From: Camelus ferus
Lineage: Eukaryota
DNA: 64,000 nucleotides
Direction of reading: 5' to 3'
Assembly (NCBI RefSeq): GCF_009834535.1
Contig: NC_045707.1
Span: 55,430,001-55,494,000 of the forward strand
Positions 53,181-64,000 of this stretch are shown piece after piece. The translations under genes and the position numbers were made by a program. The notes under the pieces were generated by a model. The model worked only from the letters and a program-made list of their open reading frames with translations, was not told the DNA's origin and did no database searches. How positions within the stretch are numbered: position 1 is the first letter of the stretch; every line of letters starts with the position of its first letter.

Positions 53181-53491
53181 GGATTTTGTTGCAACGACTC
53201 CAAAATTCATACTCATACCAAAAACGTGAGTGTTAATCTAGATTCATACTTCTGTTTTACCATTCTGCCCTCAGTTTGCTCTGAGATCTGCAAAGTTTTG
53301 TCCGTAAAGGCTTTCAGGGCAAGCAGCATCTTAGACTAGAAAGAAGTAAGCCACTCACAACTGTGAATCCCTGTACCTCTCAGTGACCAGCTGTAAAGCA
53401 TGAGGAAGCTGCTTAGCCTCTCTAAGCCTGTTACCTCATCATAAATCATCATTAATAAACATCTGTCTTGTAGAACTTCTTAGAAACTAGA

Positions 53492-54180
53492 TTGGTACTG
53501 CCATTGTGGAAAACAGTATGGAGATCACAAAAATTTAAAAATAGACTTACCATATGATCCAGCAATCCTACTCCTGGGTATATACCTGGAGGCAACTCTC
53601 ATTCAAAAAGATACCTGCACCCCAATGTTCATAGCAGCACTATATACAATAGCAAAGACATGGAAACAGCCTAAATGTCCAATGACAGATGATGACTGGA
53701 TAAAGAAGTTGTGACATATATATGGAATGGAATACATAGCCATAAAAATGAATAAAATAATTCCATTTGCAACAGCATGGATGGACCTAGGGATCATCAT
53801 TCTAGGTGAAGTAAGCCAGAAAGAGAAAGAAAAATACCAAATGCTATCCCTCATATGTGGAAGCAAAAAAAAAAGAGGACACTAATGAACTTATCTGCAA
53901 AACAGAAAAACTCACATAGTAAACAATCTTATGGTTACTAGGGGAAAAAGGGTTGGTAAGGGATAAATTTGGGAGTTTGAGATTTGCAGATGTTAACCAC
54001 TATATATAAAAAGTAGATTAAAAAAAACAAATTTCCTCTATATAGCACAGGGAACTATATTCAGTATCTTATAACCTTTAATGAAAAAGAAAATGGAAAT
54101 GAATACATGTATGTATGTGCATGACTGGGACTGTGCTGAACGACAGACACACTGTAACTGACTATACTTCAATAAAAACA
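53492..54180 (+). mobile_element. Young L1 3' end inserted in a MIR (~53380-53490)
   Basis: gccattgtggaaaacagtatggag...gggataaatttgggagtttgagatttgcaga...ctgactatacttcaataaaaac. Confidence 0.9.
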
Positions 54181-54249
54181 AATTAGAGAGATTTCTGTAA
54201 AATGCTTTTGAATGAAAGCCATTTTAAATACTAAAATTAGACATCCTTT

Positions 54250-54970
54250 TATCTTTGTTTCCTTTTCCTTCCCATATATCAATACCTATATTTGGGTTTT
54301 ACCAACTTTTGCCCAGTTTATTCCAATTTTATCCTAACTAGCCTCTTCAATTCTCTTCCAGATCATTGCCAGGATGAACTTTCTAAAAGGCAAGCATGAT
54401 CATATTGCAGCCTTGCGTAAAGCCCTTGGAATGTTTCAATTGTTCCCCCTAAGCTTCCAGAGTAAAGTTCAAATTTCTCAGATGATCAGCCAAGGTCCCT
54501 CATGACCTGATGCTTGCCCTCAAATCCTAGCTCTGTTTCCTGCCATTTTCACACGTGACCACTTCTAATCAACCCCACAGAACTTGCCATTCTCAGATAC
54601 ATAAACTTAATTCCTCTCCTTCCCAGTGTTCAGAGAGCTCTTCTTCCTGTCTGTTCTCCAAAACTAAACTTAGCCTCCACTGTAAAGATTTTCTTGAATC
54701 TGATTGATGTGGATTTTCTCCATGCTCCTATAGCATCCTGTGCATTTTTCTCCCTTGTATAGTGGGTTCAAGCACAGGCACTGCAGTATATATGCTGCCT
54801 GGGTTCAAATACTGGCTCTGATATTTATCACTTCTGTTCCTCTAAGCGGATTTACTCTCTCTGGGACTCACATTTCTTACCTGTAGAATGAAGATCACAT
54901 TAAAGGTCACTTTTTAAATTGTTATAAGGAATTAAAAAGTGTTTACCACTCATATGTTAGATGTTAATAT
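54250..54970 (+). mobile_element. L2 fragment (~54250-54760) followed by MIR (~54760-54970)
   Basis: L2: tttctaaaaggcaagcatgatcat, caaggtccctcatgacctg. MIR: cctgggttcaaatactggctctg. Confidence 0.65.
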
Positions 54971-55843
54971 TGAGGACGTGTGACAGCTCTTAGCTGGTAA
55001 CACAGTGATCACTATCACCTATACTGTCAGCTCCCTGGAATCAAAGGCCTTCCATTATTTGCTTTTATAGCACCAATATGTCACAACTGCTCCAGAGCCT
55101 ACTGCTGTTCAGTAAATACTGAACAATGAAATAAGTGGATACATTGAATAAATTTCACCACACTGCATCTGGGATCTGAAAGCACCGATATGAAAAAAGG
55201 AATAATATGGACACTGAGAAAAATCTCTTGTTGTGTATTAATAAATTAAGGAAAAGTATCTAGGGTGACTGTGTGCTTACATCCCATTAGTTCCCATTTG
55301 CTGAAGAAATGAACTGCTGTAATAAGCAGTAATGAACATTCCTTGAAGAGCTATAAATTACATTTTATGGGAATTTTAATATAAATTGAAAATTCACTTA
55401 TTAAAATTTTCTAGTATGCTTATACAAAATATTCAGGTGTTAACTGAACATATGATGAATAGCCCAAGATATGATGTGTATTGTGATGACTAAAAATATC
55501 AGTGTGCTTACTGTATAAGGAATAAATGGACTAAAAAATACGTTGGTTTAGCTTCCTCACTTATCTCGTATATTCTGAATTGGCCTCAGCCGTTCAGAGC
55601 ACATTCTATAATTTCTAGTAAATCAATTTCAACAGTCTGTCATTTTGCACACTAAGGTCAATTCTTGGGAAGCTTAGAATTATTTGTTCCACAAATTACA
55701 AGAATATTTCATAAATGACCATCTTAGAAGATTTTGCTCTCTCCAAACAAATAAACTGGTAAGTGGCCATGAGCTAAGTTTCTGACTCAGTTTACTTCAC
55801 GGAGTTTGGCACAGAGTGATCAAGCCAACTAACAATAACTTAC

Positions 55844-55891
55844 CTGTGTGAAGCTTACTAAATACTTCAGTTCCTCTTTTATCATCATTGT
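55844..55891 (-). CDS. Candidate 48-nt phase-1 exon, duplicate copy (DNDDKRGTEVFSKLHT)
   Basis: atgacag|acaat...cacacag|gtaagt; a 95-nt intron separates it from the upstream copy. Confidence 0.4.
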
Positions 55892-55986
55892 CTGTCATTT
55901 TAGAAAAATTTGCAAAGGAAAAATGCAGTTCCAAAGTTTTAATTTGAGAAAACAGAGAGTAATCAAGCCAACTAATGGTAACTTAC

Positions 55987-56034
55987 CTGTATGAAGCTTA
56001 GTAAATACTTCAGGTCCTATTTTATAATCATCTT
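55987..56034 (-). CDS. Candidate 48-nt phase-1 exon (EDDYKIGPEVFTKLHT)
   Basis: tttcctttgcaaaattttctaaaatgacag|...catacag|gtaagt; consensus donor, AG-free zone upstream, length divisible by 3. Confidence 0.4.
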
Positions 56035-56419
56035 CTGTCATTTTAGAAAATTTTGCAAAGGAAAAATGCAGTTCCAAAGTTTTAATTTGAGAAAACAGAA
56101 TCATGATCCACAAAGTCAAAATAGCAACACAATCATTGTAAAAGAATGGTCACTTATAGTAGAGACTCTAAGGCTATCTATAACCTTTTGAAGATTCTTT
56201 TCCTCTAAATATTTTTTCTGTTCCCAACCTACCTATAACCTGGTTGCCATGGATCCTTGCTTCAAAATCAGAATCCAGTGGGAATGGTCTTGACCTCTTT
56301 GCCTTGAGCATGGCCAAGTCCCAGTGTTTTCCCTTATTCTTCCTTTGAGTCTGTGAACCTTCTGGTCAACTCGATTCCTTAACACTTGCTTCATATACTA
56401 TCAGTTGCTCTATACTCAC

Positions 56420-56564
56420 CTTTCATATCTTACATTAAACATTACTCCCGTGGTACTGAGCAAAATTCCCAGACTGACTTACCTTGCTCCTTGGGGCTAT
56501 GCCTGCTGCGAGGAAACGTGGTTCACATTCATCTGGCAGCAAGAGTCCCAGCAGAACTCCAGCC
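56420..56564 (-). other. Candidate exon with two alternative donors (exon ends 56483 or 56420)
   Basis: Acceptor ctgacctttattcctag|G at 56565/56564, with CTGAC branch-like motif. Donors AAG|gtaagt and AAG|gtgagt, both consensus. Confidence 0.4.
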
Positions 56565-59500
56565 CTAGGAATAAAGGTCAGATAATTTTTAAATAAAGGG
56601 AATAGAGAGTTTTGAGTATGCATACATTTCTAGACGCAAAGTATATTAAATTACTTTTCTCCAAGTTTGAAACACAGTGATTTAAGCATTAACTCCGAAA
56701 AGTTAAGATTTTAATATTCACCTTAAGTAGCAAAATACATGTTTTAAAAAATAACTTTGCAGGAGTTTGAAAAATTGAGAATAATTCTAATAGATATGAT
56801 CTAAGACTACACAAATATGAAAAAAGTACTTCGACGTATTTGTTCATTAAATGCAGAACTTGAGCAAAGGCAGTATTAAACCTAACAAATGAGGTACAAA
56901 AAAGTTTTTAAAAGAGCATTCTAATCAATGTTTCAGCTGTGCTGAGCTGAGCAAGCTAGACCTAGCCTTTTATGGGTACTTCTTTTCAAATTATATTGCA
57001 TAATTATCACCAACTACATTTCTGCATAGGGAAAAATGTTCACATGTCATTTCAAATTAAATATTCTTTACTAAGGAATAGAGGCTGTTTAAAGTAAAAG
57101 CATGTATGTCAACAGTATAATTCTGCTATAAAATATAAAATTATCCCTATTTTATCATAATAGATATAAGGTACAAAAACTTATCTTGCATTTCATCTTT
57201 TATAATAGTAACTTTTCATAACAGCAATGTCTGAAACAACTGTATTAGTAATAAAAACATTACTCACTTCTATCTTATATTTTTCTCCCAAGAAAATGCT
57301 ACAGCATCTTATTACAGTATTTTGAACTTTACTCAAGCATCTATTGATTTTGGAAAATAGTCTAAATATGCCATGGACACCTACAACTGTGTCTTTGGTC
57401 AAAAAATGCTAAGAACTCACAGGAAACTTGGTTTAGGGAATGTGTTATTTCAGCCATTTTTTGAATTTAATAATAATGGATTTTTGTTTGAGTTAATCAC
57501 ATAATTATTACTATGAAGCATGTTCAATTGCTTCTCACTCAAAATCATCTATGAATTAGACAGAATCACCAAAACCTTTTGGTTGTTTTCCTGAATTACC
57601 TAAATTCTGACATCAGTAGTAAGCAAGACCACAGCCGCCACAATGGCTTGATGACCTGCTCATTTTTACAGACAGAACCAGATTTCTAGACAGAACCAGA
57701 TTTCATTTTGGGGACAATGTGTTCTTTAAATTTGGTTACTGGACTGTATCTAAGAACCGGATTGCTTCCATAAAATATTATAGGCCAGTGTACATTTTTA
57801 ACTTCTGTCAAGAAGCAGCTCTTTCTTTACGCATCTTTATGATGAAAAGAGCGGTGAGACTTCCTTAAGCAGAGACTTAACCACGATTTTCCTTTGTTCT
57901 TGAGCCTAATGCTTTAGACTAATTTATAGGCAAAGAAGGGAAGCGCCTGAGGACAAGAAAAGACAGACCAAGGAGAAATATATGTAATCACAGTGACTGA
58001 AATTGAAAACCAGTAAATACTGCAGCATAGGAAACGCAGAATAAAGTAACTCACCTCTAACTACAGACATTTTTATATAAAGAATTTAGTTGGAACAATA
58101 TGGAATGTGCTCTGACTAGAATAAAGGAGGATATGATGAACCTGGTTCTCAGACCAACACAAGGTCTGTTATCAGTGCTGCCTATACTATGTCAGGCAGA
58201 GTATTAAATATTAATGAGTTCTAGTTCCTTTCATCTGACCTATAAGCATAAGGTTGCCTGAAGCATATGAGAGAAGATTAATGTGAAACTGCTGAACCTA
58301 AACCTGGTGCTAATACGGTACTTCACAATTGTGACGTTTTATCAGCAGTCATCCCTGGCTTACAGACCTTGGGCTTATTTTCATTTATTGCATCCTCTGT
58401 GTCAACTTCTTTCATAGCAGATACCACTTATATAGTCACAAGTCCACAAAGTCAGATGTGTCAAATACAACTTTGTTTACAACTGCAATTACTGTTATTG
58501 AGATTCCCAATTCCATGGATATCAAAAATGTTTAACTCTGCCAACTCATGGCAATTAAATTACTTCTGTTTTAAAAGTAAGTCTTGCAGAATTCCACCTC
58601 CCACACACACCACCATCACCAAGCACACACAAACATACACAGGCGTGGTTCTCCTTAACTTCTCACTGAGTCATCTAAGTCCTAGGGTGGAGTTATATAT
58701 TATCCTGGCATTAGAAGGGAGACATCTGGTTCTCATGCCAGTTTCTGGCTTCTCTGGTCTGTGAGGAAATGTAGTTCACATTCATCTGGCCCTCACTATT
58801 CTATTGCCTTCACTGGCCCAATTCGTGGCTCTATACCACTGTTTCAATTGTCAGGACCATATAATCCACATCCTCTTTGTCCCAGATGTAAGTCCTCTGC
58901 TGGTACCTTGATCCTCCCCACAATTCTGAATCTTTGGCAGGGGTTGGTCGCTCAGGAACATTGGTTACACTCCCACACTACTCTGGAGTTTGTGACTGTG
59001 TGTGGTTGACTTCTTACCGATCTAAGAATCTCCTTCAGTCAACTGCTGCTCTGATCCTAGGTACCATTTGGATAGTGAGCTTTCTCAGAAGACGTGTGGC
59101 TTTCTCGGTTATACTGTGGGAAGCCCAGTGATTAGTCTTTTCTCCTCATATCTAGGGGTTTACTTCATCTCCTCCACTCACTGGGTCTTGGTCCAAAACA
59201 CAGGAGATGGGCACTTCCCAGAGAACCATTGTTTCTAAGGTCACATTCCTTTGTGATCTCTCTTCCCATATAACAATCAGTCTAAACCTCACTTTCCTCC
59301 TCTAAGATATCAATTCTTGGCTCAAATTCCAACAAGCACTAGCTCTTCATATTTCAATGGAAGCTTCTGGCAGTGACAGAAAAATAAACAAACATTTCCT
59401 CCTCAAGCACAAATTTCTTGTAATTAAAAGACCAGTCATTTCAAAACATTGCCTCCACCATAAGTTTACAGACATTCAGAGATGAAGAATTTGATTCCTT

Positions 59501-60115
59501 CTTTTGTTTTTTCCCCTTTTGTTTTATTCTTATCATCTCTGCCCTGAAGACACAGTTCATAGAAACCCCTCCCTGCTGCCTTAGAGGCTGAGCCCATGAA
59601 AAAGGAATGGAAAAACATGGTTTAATGTCAAAACTTTGCCCAGTGCACTTGCCACTACCAAAGAGACTTAGACTGGACTCCAGAGCATGGGTGTTTAACA
59701 GCCTGTTCACATGGGCTTTTTGCCTCTGTAGTTGTTCACATGTTTCCCTCCTCAAATTCTTCCCTCCAAGTTTGTATATTCAAACCCAGGCTATCCTGAG
59801 CTCAGCTCAAATGCTGCCTCTTCCATGAAGCATCTCTATTCAACAGAAAGTCAAGATAAGTCTCTTCTTCACTAGACAATATGACAGTATCATTTCTGTA
59901 CCACTGTCATGAACTAGGAAAAATTGTCATTTATAGTGGAATGTTTTTTGGTGTGTTTCTTTCTTTGGTAATATTTTAAGTTCCCTAAATGAATTTACTG
60001 TGAGTGCTGTATTAATCACCAGTGGTGACTGTATCTGAATGAGATAGTATATCAGTTTACTTCATAAATTGATCAAACCATTTAGCTTTTCCCAGGGCTT
60101 ATTAAAATATATAAT

Positions 60116-60575
60116 TCTATATTGGTTTCCTAAGGCTGCTACAACAAAATGCCACATACTAGATGTCTTAAAGAACAGAAATGTATTCTCTCAACAGTTC
60201 TGGAGACAAGAAGGCCAAAATCACACCAGCAGGGCCATGCTCCCTCTGAAACCTATAAGGGAGAAAGCTTTCTTTGCCTCCTAGTGTATGGTGGTGGCCA
60301 CTGATCTATAGCACTGCTCCAACCTCTGCCTCTGTTGTCACAAGACTTTTTCCTTGTCTGTTGCTGTCTTCATGTGGCTGTCCTCCTTTCTATGTCTTTC
60401 TTTAAATTTCTCTCTTCTTATAAGGACACCAGTCCTATGGCATTAGGGCCCACCCTGATGACATCATCTTAACTTGATTATATCTGCAAAGACTCTGTTT
60501 CAAATAAGTCCACATCGATAGGTACCATGGATTTGGACATCAACCTATCTTTCCGGGGAGACTGTCAGTTACTAA
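60116..60575 (-). mobile_element. MLT1C-like MaLR solo LTR
   Basis: ttggtttcctaaggctgctacaacaaaatgccac...gcagggccatgctccctctgaa...cttataaggacaccagtc...ttagggcccaccct. Confidence 0.85.
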
Positions 60576-62614
60576 TGTTTGACACATAGTGTAAGTATTC
60601 AAAATGTATTTGAAAAGTGAAAAGAAAAGTTGGTCTACACATGAAGTGTTTTCATAACTTAACAGTACCTACTTTACACAGGCCAGCTTATCAGTGACAC
60701 GTAGCCGCATGATCCCTGCATTAATCAAATGGTGCGTTTGAATTTAAACAAGTCTCCCTCTATATAACTGCCTAGGAGTCCCTTTCTCCCTAAGACCATC
60801 CTTCCTTTTTAATTTTAAAGCTTTTGATCTGAAGCTGACTGCCACTGTGACTTTCCTGTTAAAGGTTCATGTCAAATCCATTTAATCAGTAATGGAATTG
60901 GGCCCATTAATCTATTTCATTACACATCACAGAGAAAAATCAAACTGAAAAGAAATAAAAAATGATGCTGTACAATATATTCACTTGCCTCTCTTAACCC
61001 AAGCCCTTGGGTCAGCTGTTCAATTTCATTACAAATGATTTAAGATTAATTCATATTTATCAACCTTACATTGTGTCAAGATAGTTGCTGAAGCATCTCT
61101 ACGGGATATGCCACTGTAGTGACACAGAAATATTAAAAACCTAGCTGTGAAAACTGAACAGCACTGCACCATGTAAATGGTATGTGTGGTTATTGCTAAT
61201 GATGTAAGAATTCAAGGGTGAGTCATTAATATTGTGGATCAAATGATACCTGATTTGTGATTTCAATGAAAATTGCTTTCAACAAAGATGAATGATTAGA
61301 ATATTATAACATTCCCACTGCCAAATGCTAAATCCCACAATACTAACTTCCTTCCAATCGCATCACTTATATTTGGCATTACTTTTAAAATACCATCCAA
61401 AATGCTTTATAGCCGTGGCAAGAGATCTGTAAAGACATTTACAACATAGCAACGTATGAGAAAGTAACACAGAGATAATGTTTGATATAAATAATTTCAA
61501 AAGCATTTCCATCTGCAAGTGTAATAAGTCTTTAAAAAACACAAAGTGTCTTGAAATTTCACATTAATGCTGTACCTTAGTGAGAAAATATATTGCTAAA
61601 GAGGGAAAAAAGAAGAATTACACATGAATGCATTTCACCACTATGAATTTTTTCATATCGCAACACAAAATAAATGACTACGTTTCTAACTATCTCATTT
61701 CATTTCACAAATTATATATTGTTATTCACCATCATAAGATTTGAAACCCAAACGGTAAAAACAACTGAGGTCTCTTGTTGCGTGAAGAAGCAACCTGCCT
61801 TGTTCTTCCTTCTTCGTGATCTTTAGCCCTTGCTTATCCCCTTCTGCCTAATCCATCACCTCTGGCACACTTGCCTCTGGGCTTAGTCTGTATAAATTAT
61901 CACTTTTCATCAGCACGGCTTTTTGGCATTCTCACCTTATAAAATAAAAACCTCATCTGAAGTCAACCAGAGTATGGTGCGGTTGTGCGTCTGTGTGCGC
62001 GCGCGCGTGCATGCGTGTGTGGTTTGTTTCTTTTCCTAAGCAATACACTGCAATACTAATTGCTCAGATGTTTACTAACATTTTGACATCAGACAGTGTA
62101 TCCTCTCCTGTTTGAGTCCTAAGTTACCTCATGTGTAAAATTAATCATTTGTGCACTCATGTTGAGATACTATAAACCAGTCTACCAAAGACTAGCATAT
62201 AGCACATAATGAACAAACGACAGTCCCATTCTCAGCTGCATTTAGCTCAAAAAGCATTTCAAAGAAAATTGCCTAATTGTGTTGACTTGACTTCTACTCA
62301 AGATAAATTCTCTTCTCAGCCCAAATTGTTCCTGGGCACAGTCTTACTCATCCTTAGTTTGTACCCATTTTCTTTCCCACAATGAGCTTTCAATGTTTTG
62401 TCAACTCCCATACATTTTTCAACCCATCCTCAAATGATGTGTTCCTATCCTCTCTAACAAAACGAGGCATGTACATTCTACCTCAAAATTCTATCTATAT
62501 TTTTGCCCATCGTCAACCTCTTTCCTCAATTATCAGAAGAGCAATTGGCTCTACTAGAATCTCTCTCCTCAGAATACACTGTATCGTAAAATCATAGTTA
62601 ATCGTCACATCTCA

Positions 62615-62915
62615 TTCAAATCTTTACTCAAATGTCATCTTTTCAAAGAGGTCTACTTGGATTCCCCTATTTAAAATTCAAACTCCTAACTCACAGTCTC
62701 CATGATTTTCTCTTAGCATCATACTGTTTTCGTTCCATACCAGGTTATTAGCCACTGGCTAACTAGTTTACTTATTCAATTGGTCTAATGGTAGTTGTTC
62801 GAGGAAAAGTGAGCTCCTTCACAGAACGGGAGTTCTTCTGCATTTGTTCAGTAAAGGTACTGGAAACAAGGTATAGATATTTAGCAAACATTCACTGGAT
62901 AAATGAATGAATGTC
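62615..62915 (+). mobile_element. L2 3' end
   Basis: tctttactcaaatgtcatcttttcaaagagg...gtgagctcc...ataaatgaatgaatg tail. Confidence 0.7.
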
Positions 62916-63314
62916 TTCCTCTTAATCTACCAGCCAGTCTTTTTTCTAACCCTTGGAAAATGAAACATCTTTAAAATGTTTAGTTTAGAAAGACCTTAAA
63001 ATAGAGAAAATATATTTTTTTAAAGTATGACAAAACTAATACAAATATATTTATCTTAAAAATGTAAATAAGCTGAATTGAACTCTTTAAAATCAGGAAG
63101 GAAAGGGAAGGAGAGAGGGAGATGTGGGTGGGTGGGGAGAGAGCATGACAGATTGAGATTTCAGCTTGGAGATTAAAAATGCAAATTCTAAGCTTATAAA
63201 AAGAAGACCTATAAACCTAGGTGATTCCAAGATTAAAAAGAAAATAAGTGCAGTATTTTATGATGTTATTTAAAACAAACAAATCAGGATAGGGAGTTAT
63301 TAAAATAGTCAAAT

Positions 63315-64000
63315 TCAAGCAAGTGGAGGGCCAGGAGGTTCCAATATTCATCTCCCCAACAAAAACAATTAAAGAAAAAAAAAACTACAAACAACTACAA
63401 ACTGATGAAAACAGCTCTGGGAAAACTGAACTACAAAGCAGCAGCAACAGTAATCCTGTAAAAATTAACAAGCAAGAATAGCCACATAGAAAAGTAAAGG
63501 ACATTTTTATGTGTGCTACTTCATTCTCTAGTCCAGAGCAGCTTGGTACCAAGAGGGATCCTCTCCAAGGGAGTTCACTCCGTAGGGAAAGGAGAGCAGG
63601 TGAACTCCAGCAAGCCTCACTGCCATGGACATTTGTAGCCTTTGCTACAGAGGAACCCCACAATCTTCAGCAACACTAAACCCAGCTGACAGAGCTTCCC
63701 AGACTCCTCAGGGCTGGAGCTGTCTTTTTTGTAGGGAGATCTGCCCACAGCTGCCCTAGCTGCTGCTGTGCCCGGCTCCTGCAAAATCAGGATGCCATAG
63801 TGCCTCACCAGCTATGGGACCACGGCTGCTGCTGCCCAGCCCCCAGGTCTCAAGTTGTGATTTCACTATTACCAGGTCTAAGATTCCACTGCTCTGAACC
63901 GCTCCCTTGGGTCTTAAGTCAGGGCTTTGACCCACCATCACCAGGCTGCGTTGGTGGAGCTCTTTGCCCCAGGCCCAGGGTTCTAACTGATGTCTACTGC
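63315..64000 (+). mobile_element. L1M-type 5'UTR running off the window edge
   Basis: actacaaacaactacaaactgatgaaaacagctctggg; agggaaaggagagcaggtgaac; GC rises. Recalled similarity to old L1 5' ends. Confidence 0.55.

Larger units (their letters stand above)
55813..56099. repeat. Tandem duplication, two copies of a 143-bp unit
   Basis: 55813-55955 versus 55956-56098; 12 differences in 143 bp by manual alignment, no indels. Confidence 0.95.

Noticed and set aside
55813..56099. CRISPR-like or satellite array
   Set aside because: Only two long units, no spacers, and a eukaryotic context.
57670..57705. 18-bp tandem duplication agacagaaccagatttc(t/a)
   Set aside because: Ordinary slippage duplication with no further structure.
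58323..58415. Minus-strand short ORF MKEVDTEDAINENKPK... with a TATA-like motif upstream
   Set aside because: Only ~30 codons, the TATA-like motif is too close to the ATG, and there is no good splice donor.

Overview
Repeat-dense, AT-rich mammalian intronic/intergenic DNA, most likely camelid (camel, alpaca or llama), inferred from a vic-1-like tRNA-derived SINE and a recurring young L1 3' tail. Well over half of the window is interspersed repeat: young and old LINE-1, L2, MIR, MLT1/ERVL LTRs, hAT and Tigger MITEs. No intact or nameable protein-coding gene is present. The ORF-track entries are broken L1 ORF1/ORF2 pieces, L1 antisense frames or chance ORFs. Features that repeats do not explain lie mostly on the minus strand. 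They are: (1) a possible multi-exon transcript with two tandemly duplicated 48-nt phase-1 exons near 55.8-56.1 kb and a candidate terminal exon near 3.2-3.6 kb; (2) a textbook branch point-polyY-CAG|GTAAG recursive-splice-like site at 18.76 kb; (3) a ~310-bp imperfect fold-back palindrome at 49.9-50.2 kb. Also notable are a composite L1 bounded by a single TSD pair (probable 3' transduction) and two CpG-gain patches in ancient repeats. Repeat subfamily names come from recalled consensus motifs, and most boundaries are approximate. I cannot claim a new biological system; the candidates below are hypotheses to test.
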